Assembly: GCA_009103225.1 (NCBI GenBank)
Contig: RHPI01001428.1
Location: 62,001 to 126,000 of the forward strand
DNA: 64,000 nucleotides
Direction of reading: 5' to 3'
From: Chlorokybus atmophyticus
Taxonomy: Eukaryota > Plantae > Mesostigma and Chlorokybus algae
Below, one piece after another: positions 44,028 through 56,760 of this stretch. A program made the position numbers and the translations under genes. Every line of letters starts with the position of its first letter. Within the stretch, counting starts at the first letter, position 1. The notes beneath the pieces are model-generated. The model did not search any database, was not told where the DNA came from, and was given only the letters and a program-made list of their open reading frames with translations.

Positions 44028-47000
44028 TCAACTCTGAGCCCCAAGCAACAAGTTTGGAACTTGGTTGGTGGTAGTGGTTTTGTCATGCAGTCCGCGAGCA
44101 TGTCCTTCGTGCTGCAATATCTGAACTCTACCTCGCCTCGTGCAACTCTCTCTCTCTCTCACTAGGTGGTGCATGATGTCGATGTGCTTCGACCTGGCAG
44201 ATGTAATGGGGTGCATGCTCAACTTGAGCGCTCCTTGGTTGTCACACATAATTGTGACACGGCTCAATGCATATCCCAAGTCAGTAACCAACTTGCGAAG
44301 CCACAATGCTTCCTTCACCGCAGATGAAGCCGCATGTACTCGGCCTCAGTGGTTGATGCAGCAGCTATTGATTGTAGTCGGCTGTTCCAACTGACGACGC
44401 CTCCTCCCATAAGGAAAGTGTATCCTGTGGTAGACCTCCTCGTGTCGAGGTCCCCCGCATAGTCCGCATCACAGTAACCATGTACTATGATGTCCTCTGT
44501 CCTCCCAAAAGTAATGCCCACGTCCAGGGTGCTACCAAGGTAGCGAAGAACTCCTTTTGCCGCCTTCCAGTGCTCTATGGTTGGTGCTAACATGTGTCTC
44601 ACCAAGACTCCCACAGCTTGTGCCATGTAAGGCCTCGTGCTGATGGACAAGTAAGTGAGGCTCCCAATCAGCTCATCATATGAATATGTAGCCTTGTCAA
44701 GCACCATGGTAGTGTCTTGTGCCTTGAGCAGATGTACTCCCACGCTCAGTGGTGGTGCCTTGCCCTTGGCGCTTTGCAACTTGAACTTCTTGAGTACATC
44801 CAGGACCATCCGTTTTTGAGTGACCTTAATTGTCCTTGTAACTCTGTTTCTGGTGATGATAACGCTGAGGAACATGAGTGCATTGCCAAGATCTCGAATC
44901 TTAAAAGCGGATTGCAGTGTCACTTTCATGTGTGACATTGCTGCAGTGTCATGTGATGCCAAGATGATGTCGTCCACGTATACCAGCAACCACACTTGGC
45001 CGTCGTCACTGATGAAGAGCCCAGGATCTAATAGTGATTGCTGAACGCCCACTTTCTCTAGCTTCTTGCTGAGCCGTATGTACCAGACTCTTGGCGCTTG
45101 CCTTAGCCCATAAAGAGCCTTGTGTAGCAAGCAATCTTTGCTTGAGCCTCCCTCCTCGTAACCTTGAGGCTGCTGCATGTATATCTGCTCATCCAACTCT
45201 CCATACAGAAAGCAGTCTTCACGTCCAGGTGGTGCAGCTCCAAGTCCCCTACAGCAACCTTTGCAAGCAGTGCCCTAAAGGTTGTGTGCTTACTAGCAGG
45301 CGCAAACACCTCCTTGCAATTAACGCCCTCCTCTTGTTGGAAACCCTGGACCACAAGTCGCGCCTTGTAGCGCTCAGTGTTGCCCTTGCCATCATGCTTG
45401 ATCTTGTACACCCACTTGACAGGTATAGGCTCGACGCCTTGTGGAACCTGATCAAGTACCCAAGTCTTGATGGCGTGTAGCGAAGCAATCTCCTCATCCA
45501 TGGCCTTACGCCACAACTTAGCATCAGAAGCTATAATGGCCTCATGGTAGGTGCTTGGCTCCTTCTCCTCAGTGGTTTCAGCACTCATAGCCTAAAATCT
45601 TTGGTAAAATCATCATCGCGCTCTGATTCTCACAGGGTAGCGCCTCTGCTGCTCATCTACGGGTGCAATCTTGTCCTTCTCAACAAATGTAGCGAATCAC
45701 CAGGGACCTCCACATTGACAGGTGGTGCGGTGATGACATCCGGCTCATTAGCAATGTCAATGTCCATGGTTGCAGAAGGTGTTATTGGTGAAGTCGCCAC
45801 CATCTTCTCGTCGAAGACAACATCCCTTCGAACCACGATTCTCTCGCTGTCCTCCTTAATCAGGATCCTATATGCCTTGGAGTTTGGCTCGTACCCCACG
45901 GAGATGCCTGTCTCCCTCACATTCTCCAGCTTTCTCCTCAGCTGCGTGGGGATGTGTGGACACGCCTTGGCTCCAAAGACACGCATCACCTCAAGCTTCT
46001 CACCGTAGAACAACTCCCACGGGGTCTTGGCTTTGTTGCTCGTAGGTGACATGTTGCGAATGTAGTTGGCCATGACAAACGCCTCAGCCCACAAAGCTTT
46101 GTCCAGCTTTGTATCTGTAAGCATGGCACGCACGCGCTCCACAAGCGTGCGGTTAAGACGCTCTGCAGCACCGTTTTGTGCAGGGGTGTAGGGTGCAGTA
46201 GTCTCATGCTTGATGTCGTGCTCATCCAGGTAGTTTTTCAAGGTGTGGTTGAGGTACTCAAAGCCCCAATCACTTCTCAATGCCAACACCTTTGTCTTTG
46301 CTTGTGCACCCAGCTAAGTGAGTATCCTCTTGACTATAGCAGCAACATCCGACTTCGCAGCAACGATAATGATAGCAGACAGCTTGCTGAAGTCATCTAT
46401 GAAAGTGACAACGTACCAACTCCCTCCAGTGGACGCAATTGGCATGGGACCGCACACATTCATGTGCACGAGCTGCAAGGGTGCTGTACTGGTGCGCGAA
46501 GAGGTAGGAAAAGAATGCCTAGGCATTTTGCTCAGCACGCACGTCTCGCACATATCACCTTGCAACACCTGCATTAATGTCTTCCGCTTCAATTGATCCC
46601 TTCCACCATGTCCTAAGCCACCAGTCTTGCCAGGTTGTCCCATCCAAGACGTTCAACTCTTTTGTGCCAAAGATGAGCTGTGTCTGATGCAGTGACTGTC
46701 GCACACAATGCATGCTCGCGATCCAATATGATGCAGTACAAGCTCTGTCGCATTGTGCCCTCCACAACAACAATGTTGTTCACCTTGACTTAACACTTTT
46801 TAACAGTGAAGTTAACTTTGGCGCCTGCGCTTGTAGCTCTTCGAACGGAGGACAGGCTCGAAGCTAATCCTGGCACGTGGATCACCTCCTTCAGGGCCAC
46901 TTCGTGTGTAGCGCTCGCCACCACAGTGTGTAAGATGACGGTGCCCACTCCCACAACTTACAAGTGCAGCTTGTTGCCAAAGCTCACTTTCACACCAGCA

Positions 47001-47890
47001 GCATCACCATCATCATTGCTTAGGGCATGATATTCCTGGAACTCATGTCTGTGTGGGGTCATATGCTATGTGCACGCAGAGTCGAACAACCAAGCGCTCT
47101 CGATAGCAGTGGTGCTATCAGTAAGTGCTACAGCTGGTCTATCAGAAAGTTGTTTCTGTTGCTGATTGCGCTTCAACTTCGGTAATCCTTCTTCAAGTGT
47201 CCCTTCTTGTCGCAGTAGTAGCAGGTACGCGTCTCCTTCTACCCACCACCGTTGTTGACTAAAACGTGGATTGCATTGTGCCGCAAATGCCACAGCTTTA
47301 GCCTCGTCCTGGCGTGAAGTGGATGCGCGTTGCTCGACTTGCAATGGGCGTGGGGTGATGATCTCGAGGGTGAGCTCCTCACTAGCTGACTCCATAATGG
47401 TGACAGTCATCTCGAACTCCCAACCTTGGGCAAGCCAGCAAGGATGACCCAGACCACTTCCACCTCCGTCACTTCATGTCCAATGGCAAACAAGTCGTCC
47501 CACAGCTGCCTGGCTCGTGAGATGAACTTGATGACAGGTTTAGCAACATCCTTCTTTAAAGCATTCAACTGCTTCCTCAACTGCAATTTCCTAGCATTGT
47601 TCTTAGCCTTGTAAACCTCAGAGAACTTCTGCCACAATTCTCCAACAGACTTGCACCGTGCAACAAGCGCTAAGTGATGCTGTACCACATTCAATCCTAT
47701 CAACGCAAGTGCCTGATTGGACTTTTTTTTTGTGGGTGCGTCCTCCAAGTCGAGAGCGCTCTGTGGGATCCACCACTGACCATAGCTTTTTGTGTATGAG
47801 TAGCATCTGCATCCGAATGCTCCATGTCCCAATGGACCAGTTGTCGAGGTCCAGCGGCTCGATGTTGACCTTGTCATAGCTGGTTGCCAT
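44028..47890 (-). pseudogene. Frameshifted Copia gag-pol (Gag, protease, integrase, RT, RNase H)
   Basis: Fragments WLFDSACT (protease), VVTFIDDFSK and NGAAERLNRTLVERVRAML (integrase), YKARLVVQGFQQ and LLVYVDDIIL (RT), YCDADYAGDLDTRRSTTGY and CDNQGALKL (RNase H), spread over several frames. Confidence 0.92.
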
Positions 47891-47971
47891 GCCCTTCCGA
47901 TACTAGCCTGCAATGAAGACGGCGCCTTCCCAAGCTACACAAACTTGTACTTGCTATGCTAGCGCTAGTGT

Positions 47972-47983
47972 GGGCCCATAACC
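47972..47983 (-). other. Copia PBS GGTTATGGGCCC (internal fragment of initiator tRNA-Met type)
   Basis: Directly follows the 5' LTR; same motif at 58681-58692. Confidence 0.8.
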
Positions 47984-48756
47984 TGTTAAGATTGCACAGT
48001 AGCAACAATGACAAGCACAAGTGTGGCGCCGACATTAGAGCAAAGTAAATCTTGCTGTATTGCTCAACATACAGTATTATGTAGTACACTAGTGAGTGCT
48101 AGTCAACACTAGTCAACGCTAGTCAAAGTCAACACTAGACAACACTAGTCAACGGTCGAGGTCAAATTCAAAGTCAAAGGTCAAAGTCAACGTTGACCAT
48201 TGTGGACTGTAACTCACCCACGAGTTATATGCGACACACAGCTCATGCTGGGGGGGCGCTATGGGTCAATAGCACGGTGGCTATGCTTAGCACCCAAGTG
48301 CATTACGATACAAATGAACAAGGGTATAGACACAGGCTGAGTACGCACAAGTCTGCACTTGGATGCTAGGCTACAACTCTGGGAACTATGTATTCACGTC
48401 AGGTGCGAAAGTCACGCGCTTCTTTAGTCTTCAACTTGGTGACGGCGCCATCGCCGCTAATGCAGAGGTTGAAGCTTAAGAAGCCTGTACACCTGCAAAA
48501 TAAACCACACTTGCCACCCACGCCAAGGATGGCGCCGCCGTGCTAGGGTTTTAAGCGACTAGATAAGGAGCTTGAGACTCACAACTCACGCCTAGTGAGT
48601 GCTTGTGCCCCCAAGTGCCCAAGGCACTAGGGGCACAAGAGTCTCATAACTCATTAACGAGTTCTTGAGTTCATGGGCGCGCATTTTATGCGCTTCATGA
48701 ACTCATATAACTCACACACGAGTTATATGCGACACACATCTCATGTTGGGGGGGCG

Positions 48757-49215
48757 CTATGGGTCGATAGATGGATAAAAACAGTAAGAGCACATACCAC
48801 CTAAGCTGAGGCTGCGCATTAATGTGTGCAACTCAGGCAACGCCGCGCGCACATAACCCTCAGCTGCAGTGGAAGACTTCCAGCGCCCAAACTGCTGCCA
48901 CAGGTGCTGAGGCACACCAGCCTTCACGGCTTGGGTCGCAGCTCCCAAAAGGGCAGAGTGTGTGCTCAAACGTGTGGGGTCCTCCCCTGCCGCCGTAATG
49001 GCTGCTTTCTCCCAACCCAGGTTGGTGCCGTATCGCACTATGATGTTGCGCATAACGCACGATCGGCCTGCGCGAAAGACAATGTCCTGCGCGTTAACCT
49101 CCGCCTGGTCGGAATACCGCATCATACCCGCAAACCGCAGCAGCACCGCCACCGTTCGCAACCTGGCCACCAAGTCCCACCCGTTGCGAGCAAAGTGCGA
49201 GACCATGGCTCGCAA
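48757..49215 (-). pseudogene. Tyrosine recombinase of YR copy 2, internally deleted, with the HxxR arginine lost (HSALLG)
   Basis: FAGMMRYSD...LSTHSALLGAATQA...GRWKSSTAAEGYVR; the region between box I and box II is much shorter than usual. Confidence 0.8.
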
Positions 49216-49659
49216 GAGCTCAGGCGTGTAGGCGTCCTTCTTCCGCGTGTTTTATGGTAGTAGCCTAGCATCGACCTCATGCACCACCGCAACAAGTGCA
49301 TGCGCAGTGGGAGAGGCCTGGCCTGCCATGGTATGCGCAACATGTATGGCCGAACAGGCATGTTTCACAGGTGCCGGTGGTGGAATCCACCAACATCTTG
49401 TTTAGGAAAAGGGCCACTGTGCCAGGGTCTGCGGGTACGGCAGCCCAGCTACGAGGCGTGCAGAACTTCAAAGCGGCGCCGGTAGCTCTCATGGCCGCGC
49501 AGGGTGCTAGTAGCACGTGACGCCGCTGCAACTGCAGGGTATAAGGTGCGCAGGCGCTCAATCTCATAATCACCGGGGACGTTGAGCATGAGCGACTGCA
49601 GGCTACGCTCGATAGCAGCTGCACATAGCATGTGTTAATGGCCAGGACGCAGTCAATTC

Positions 49660-50074
49660 GCGATGCCCATATGCGACTATTGGGCAAGCCCCCCCGAAGT
49701 TCCGTGGCTTGAGGGTTAGGCCACAAGCAAGCTGGGCCTTTGGGTAGGCTCACAACATCTGTAATCAACGATGCCCACACCCCACCGGGGCAGAGCACGG
49801 GCCACCAAGTTTGAGTTGTCCACTCGGGTACAATGAGGCAAATGCGAGCCTTGCATTCGCGGGCATGGCGCAGAACAGTGCCAACACGGTGTGGTGGGGG
49901 ATGGCACCAGTAGTTGCAACCACTCCAGTCACAATGAAAGGCATTGCCGGATGAGCCCGGACGAGGCAACACCGAGTTGAAGGCCACACACACTGTGTTG
50001 GCATCCGTAGCGAAGCGGTCTATATAGAAAGAGCCCCACTTGCGGGCGAGCAAGCGGACCCATGTGGTTTGCAA
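49660..50074 (-). pseudogene. DIRS-type N6-adenine (Dam-like) methyltransferase domain
   Basis: FYIDRFATDANTVCVAFNS...WCHPPP...LIVPEWTTQTWWP, at the usual position after RNase H. Confidence 0.7.
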
Positions 50075-50116
50075 GGTCCAACCATTCCTATTTCATGCTA
50101 TGGAGAGCGTGTCCGC

Positions 50117-51573
50117 CTACTCATTGAGCTCACGTGGTATCCACTCCACATGCGGGCGGATGCAATGGCGGTGACAATGTAAAAAATTATGGCATACCAC
50201 TTGCTGCAAGTGCCCGGCCTCACTGCCCCCTTTACGCATATTGTAGTACACATTGCGGGCATCGCCATAGCACAGCACCGTGCGTCCATGTAGCTCTTCC
50301 TCGACAGCGAGCAGGGCACGCTCAAGTCCCAATAACTCGCGGTATGTTAATGAAGTCAAGCACTCATCCGGTGAAAACTGCGCCATTCACCACGGGGGTA
50401 GCTGTGCCATGGCGCTCTAGTCCCCAACCAGTGCCGCTAGCATCCACAGATTGCACTATGTCCGGCTGCACAGTAGGCCACATGGGTGCCATGTTAAGCT
50501 CCTCAAAGTGGTCTCTCAGCCACGATAACTCCGGGATCTCAGGTTGGCATAGCACTATGTGAGAGCTCCATGAGCGGCGGGTCTCAATCAAGCGGCGTGT
50601 ATGCCAATTCGTGAGTTTGACGGCAGTGCCCAACACCATGAACATAGTTTGCAGCTTGCCACAGATGCGGGCCAGCAATTTCACTGGCACATGGCGCCTA
50701 TCACCAAATGCGCGTAGCAAGTCTCTGAGCAAACCATCGCGCTTGTTGCCGGGGACACGAACAGTGCCAACATGTGTATTCCACACAAAGCTGAGGAAGA
50801 CAATGACTCTGCTGAGCACAGTCTGTGCCTTGGTGTTGATCACTAGCCCGCACCTTGCTGCATCTACTTGCACCACAGCCAGGCTAGAAGCATGCATTGT
50901 CCGTGAACGAGCAGCAAAAAGAAGTTGGCGATGGCAATACTCGGATGCCTTGCACACGCTAACGTCGCACCAACTGCTTCATACCTTTGTGAACACGAAG
51001 CAAGCCGTGCACAACCCGAATTTGAACGAGCAAAAGTTGTACACTTTGCCCGCTAAATGAGAACCCCAAGTAGCCCCAAAAGGCGGGGTGAATGTCCACA
51101 TGATGGTATCCAGACTTAAAGTCCGTGGAGAACAACAAATCCTCGGTTTGTAGCAAGTCTGTGATGCTGCGCACATCTTCATACTTTAATGGGGTGTTCA
51201 CAAAGTAGGAGTTGACATAGCGCAAGTCCATGATGAGGCGCAACTTGCGGCCATCATCTACCACATTGAGTGGGCTCACAACGAGGGGGGTGGTGACACA
51301 CTCTTGTGCAGCCCTTCTATGCACCAAGTTCGCAATGGCCGCTGCAGTAAAGTCCGCAAACTCATGCACACCTTTATGATTAATGAATGCCCATTCGAGC
51401 GGTGGATCTTGAGCCCACAACACAGCTTGTACCCGTAACACCCATAACAAAATCATAGTAGATACACAGAACTCACGCCATGCGGGCAAGGCCTCCTGTA
51501 AGCGGTGCCTCATATATGGACCTTCCACAACCAAGTTGCTAGGTGCTCGTGCAAAGTCATGATGCTTCATCAC
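50117..51573 (-). pseudogene. RT/RNase H of YR copy 2 (frameshifted)
   Basis: KLRLIMDLRYVN, DFKSGYHHVDI, VDASGTGWG, RELLGLERAL. Confidence 0.85.
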
Positions 51574-54500
51574 TAGTCCTCCACTAGCTCTGACTCAATG
51601 GCAGTGTAGTCAAGGGCCACAGTGTACACTGCTTCTATTTCTGCCCCCCGTATGTGCTATAAGTGAGTGCATGCACTCTCATCTTGTATCAGTCATAACT
51701 TTTGCATACGATGTCCGAAGGGGACATTCAAGGTGTTAAAACGAAGCGCTATGCAGCGCTCATACCGACAAGCGGCTTTAATAATAGGAAAGGAATTCAA
51801 CAAAAAGAAAGAAAATTGTTTTCTAAAAACGGCCTCACACAAAAGTTATGCACAAACAGTGTGCGACCATAGCAAACCGTTTTTTTTTCACGTTCTTTAG
51901 CTCTATGTGAGCGTCACTGCGTCACAAGGATGCACCCAAAGTTTCATCCCACTCAAAGGTTGTGTGAGGCCTCAAACGAAGTTACAGGCAACAATTGCAC
52001 AGAAGGGTACAGCTGCTAGGCTATCACAAAGTCACCACAGCTATAAAGCTGTTCTACCGGCCCCCATGGTCAGCGGAGGCCTTACGGCAGTAGGCACGCA
52101 GGTGCCCAGGCTCCCCGCAGTTGTAACAAATGCGGGCATCATGCTGACCCCCAATAGAAGCCGCTTGGGACTGCATGGGAGCGGTCCTGTAGCTGGTGTG
52201 CCCCGCACCAAATGCATAGGACCCGGAGTAGCGAGGGGGGTACTGGCCCGGCCCCTTGTTGGGAGTATAGGCAGGCTTTGCCTTGAGCTTGGGCTGCGCC
52301 GCAGCCACCTCCTTGATTGCCTTCTTAAGGCGCTCCCCCTCCATGTCATCCGCGGCCAGAGGGTTGCCCTGCAGTTCCTTCACCACCTTCCAACTGTGCT
52401 TGTTGGCCACTTCCACATAGTAGAATTGCTTGAACACTTCATCGAGCACTAGGGCACAAAGCACGCATGAGCAACACTAGTTGCATAAGCACACAGGCTC
52501 AAAGCCACAGGGTCTAGCGCCATGCGCACCCACATGCCATCTTCAACCTTACCCACCACGTGCCCTGGATGCGGATGCAAGTGGTGTGCCCTGTTGTGCT
52601 TGTTACCTTGCTGTGAGGTAGTCACAATGTGAATACAGGGGTGGGCATGCGATGGCGTTAGGTGCGGGCCCTCCCGCCCCACGAACACAGGGGAAGGAGG
52701 GATGCAGAACAAATGCATCTCGTGCATTTATACCAATTATGGGGCAGCGCCTTCATAAGGCCCGCAACACACGCATGTGCAAGTGGGCATGGACCAAGTC
52801 CGCACCCACATAATGGTGGTCCCATGATGCTCGACCACATGACCCTATAAAAAACGAGCCCACCTCGCATGGTCTCTTTGCGGCCGTGGGCGAAGTGGGG
52901 ATCATCGGCAAGGTGAGCGGGCACATGGTGGAAGGAGCTCGCCGCCGCGCCAAGGTAAGCCGCCACATCCATATGTTGCCGAGCCCGCTTCTTCATGTTC
53001 TCCTTCCAAGGGACCGTGGGCTCACTAAAGCGGTTGCACATCGCCTCCACGCGAGCATTGGGGGTGTTGAAGTCCATCTCTCGGCGAAGGATGCTCACAA
53101 GTAGCGTTTGGGCTCGGTAGCGACGGGCTCACGAGGGATGGCAGGCGCCTTCCCACACTTAAGGCGCATATTCTCCGCCTTCAACTCCTCCAACCTCGGT
53201 GACGTTGCCTACGTGGGTGTCATGTATGGGGTAGAAGCGTTGGACAACGGGCTTGCCTCCCTCTTCCTGCGCTTGTGGGTGACGAAAGGCAGGTCCTCAT
53301 CGTCTTCGTTGTCCTCAACCTCCTCACCGCCACCGTCACCTTCCTTGCTTACCTCCTCCTCTCCCCTCTTCAGGGGGGGGCGCACCTCTTCCTCCTCCCT
53401 CATCGCTCTCCTCTCCTCCTCCTCACTCAAGGTGTGGCGCTCGAACTCGAACTCCTAGCCTGCAATAAGCGATTGGCGGCTAGCAACGCATTCGCGGCCG
53501 CGGCCGCCACCTCTTCTCCATCATCTTGGGCACTCGTTTGTGACCGTGTAACCATAATGGAGGTCCTCCTCCGTCCACACCTCCTCACCACACTTGCCAC
53601 CAACGCCAAGGATGGCGCCGCCGTGCTAGGGTTTCGAGCGATTAGATAAGGAGCTTGAGACTCGCAACTCACGCCTATTGAGTGCTTGTGCCCCCAAGTG
53701 CCCAAGGCACTAGGGACACAAAAGTCTCATAACTCTTTAACGAGTTCTTGAGTTCATGGACGCGCATTTCATGCGCTTCATGATCTCGTATGGCTCCCAT
53801 AACGACAGCTAATTGTAACTCCCAAGGTGAAGATGATCGAAGAAGTTTAGCTAAAGCGCCTAATAAAGTACTTCTAACATTGTCAAACCCACTAGTCATT
53901 AACAAAGTTGAGAGGCCATAACCTCACGAAATAATGCCGCCTACTGCATATAGTAGCACGACATGTTGCCCGATTGTATGCAACATATTCCACTGCACTT
54001 TTGTCCATTATACAAGTGCAAAAATTTGTATCTTGTCAATCATAACCAGCATCCCACCAGTACGACATGAGGGGAGGGGCGGGNNNNNNNNNNNNNNNNN
54101 NNNNNNNNNNNNNNNNNNNNNNNNNNNNNNNNNNNNNNNNNNNNNNNNNNNNNNNNNNNNNNNNNNNNNNNNNNNNNNNNNNNNNNNNNNNNNNNNNNNN
54201 NNNNNNNNNNNNNNNNNNNNNNNNNNNNNNNNNNNNNNNNNNNNNNNNNNNNNNNNNNNNNNNNNNNNNNNNNNNNNNNNNNNNNNNNNNNNNNNNNNNN
54301 NNNNNNNNNNNNNNNNNNNNNNNNNNNNNNNNNNNNNNNNNNNNNNNNNNNNNNNNNNNNNNNNNNNNNNNNNNNNNNNNNNNNNNNNNNNNNNNNNNNN
54401 GGGGGGGGGGGGGGAGGGGATCCATTTGAAAGTAAGTGCAATCAATAACAAAAGGGGAGTCTCAAATTGATGGTTGATACATTAATCAACGATGCGAATG

Positions 54501-56760
54501 CGCACTGGCTGCTCTTTGCCCAAACAACGCGTGATGGTCAATTAAAATAAGCAAGCCATTTTACTCAAGACCATGGGCTTGGGTATCTGGCGGGATTGGC
54601 GTTGCTAACCTCTATGCACATGTTGTTGATGTAACTTTTTGAGCAACCTTGCACCATAATCACATATGCGCTCAACTTGTGGCAACCCCATGCAACTCTT
54701 CCCTGAAAGTTGTTACTTCAATGGTGAGCCACGTCGCTGCGCACATGGCGATGTTCAAGCATCATCAGAGCAATGCCGTTCTTGAGCGGAAACTGCTCCA
54801 ACCAGGTGGCCACCTTGCGGTGCACCATGTGCTCCTTAATAGCTGCCGCATTACAATTCTTGATACGAGTTGCATCACCGCAAGCATGTAAGTGCCTCAG
54901 CAAACCAACTTCAACACGAAGTGAGTATTTGCATGAGATGCTTGAGGTTGAAATGCCTCCTGTAATGCAATGCTCACATGTAACGCAATATGCATAAGTG
55001 GACGACCCAACCGTGGTGGCCCATGCTCTGCATTGGTGGAGTGTGACCAACCTTATCACAAATACTGCGAGCCAACCCAATGGCCCAACCTGCTCTAAGC
55101 CTACCCCCTCAAAGCAAGGCACTGCAAAGGGGCCTGCTCAATGGCCGCATGTGGGCATTGCAGCTGGACTTGCATCTTGATCATGGACACACACTGTGCA
55201 GCTGTTGCTGAGTGTAATTGATAAGTGCTCATGCCCGACATTCTTTATTACTATGAGGTTGCGCACTTGCACGACTGTAACCAATGGTGGCAGCAGCTTC
55301 ACATGCTATATGCACACTGCGGGGCCATGAAGCCTACCGCTTTTAGGGCTACCGCATTGTGAAATTTTGCGCTTTGTGGTTGGGTATCCCCGCCGGCAGG
55401 CCGTCGTGTGACGGCGCTGTCACTCAAGGTGCAAGTGGCGTCCTCCATTTTAACACAACTACAATTAGCGGCCATATACGCTACAATGCCATAATTGGTC
55501 AGACCTCTTTGAAGTATGCATGCATTTATTGCGGCGTTGTTGGAGGCCACTTATACTAATCGCCCCGAGTACACAAAGAAGACCCCTTCACCCTTAAGCT
55601 GCTCAACGGCATAATATTGCATTTTATCCGCAATGGGCGGGACTTGGTGGTAAGACTATAAACATGTTTGTGGCTGTGCACTTATTCGCGGATATGCGAT
55701 ATTTTTACTCGTTATCGATCGACCAACCCATCATTATCTTTTGCTTGAAATGTATGAACCTTGTGATCCCGCACAACAAAATATACAAACATGGTGCGGA
55801 TGCAACCGTGCACATCACAATTGTGAGAGGGGCGTTGCGTCCGGTGATGCACACATGTAAATTGTTGTTTGGCTCGAGCTGCAACCAAGTGAGCTTGGGC
55901 AAGTTGATGTGCTTCGTTACTTGAGTGGGGGGAACATGCATCATGTGGGACACCATTGTGCCTGTTGACAATATTTGTGGTTGAAGTCAGGCAACCAACA
56001 AGGCCGCCGAGGTGGATTCATGATCATTTGGCACGCGCTCGATCACTTGAGTGGTGTGACCTAAGCAATGAAGACTAGTGCACCCCAACACGCGTGGGAG
56101 CAGATTGGCATAGGAAGTCTCTCACCACAGCTACATGCTGTGTGCGCATGGTGTTAGTGGAGTTGCACGCCCTGATGATAAGCCGTGGCTGATGTGGTAA
56201 GCACTCGCTATATACGCCTGTCACATCCCAACCCCCGAGCATGAGCTATGTGTGTCGCACATGCTTCATGCGAGAGGTATATGTCTTTATAAAGCGCATA
56301 AATTGCGGCCCAAAACTCATTTATAAGATTCTTGTGCCCTTGGTGCCATGAGCATTTGAGGGCACAAATGCTTGGCCGGCATAAAATGTGCGTCTTCAGC
56401 TTACAATATCGTTGCTTGAAAGTCTATAACAGCGGTGCCATGGTTGGTGTGGTGCGTGAGTGTGGTATACTGCAGGTGTACAGAGTTCTTAGGCGCCAAT
56501 CTCCGCGCCAGCAGCCACGGCACCATTAATGCATTCGAAAATAAGTGCGTGACAATCACACCTAATGTGAGGATGTTATGTATACAATCGTAACCTAGCA
56601 CCCTAGTACAAGTTATATATATTAACTAGCATATACTTGTACACCTATGTTGTCATGTGCTTGGGCGCCGAGTGTAGCCACGCCAACTACCGCCATGAGC
56701 ACCAAGTAAGTGTAGCACTCAATGTTAAAAACTAGTGATGCGCCTAGTGTGTGTGTATTT

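Larger units (their letters stand above)
48216..53796 (-). mobile_element. Near full-length degenerate tyrosine-recombinase retrotransposon with split direct repeats (PAT/Ngaro-type), copy 2
   Basis: A1 53588-53796, B1 48714-48770, A2 48505-48713, B2 48216-48272. ORF1, gag (CYNCGEPGHLRAYC), RT, RNase H, adenine-MTase-like domain and YR (RYSD...THS...GRWKS...Y). No TSD. Confidence 0.88.
43693..53879 (-). mobile_element. Degenerate Ty1/Copia LTR retrotransposon with a YR element nested in its 5' LTR
   Basis: 3' LTR 43693-44003; 5' LTR 47984-48215 plus 53797-53879; 5-bp TSD TTGTC (43688-43692 and 53880-53884); PBS GGTTATGGGCCC; PPT at 44004-44010. Confidence 0.92.

Noticed and set aside
54480-56100. 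Possible decayed KDZ/CxC-type transposase (Cys/His-rich fragments on the minus strand)
   Set aside because: Only vague resemblance across many stops; needs a translated HMM search.
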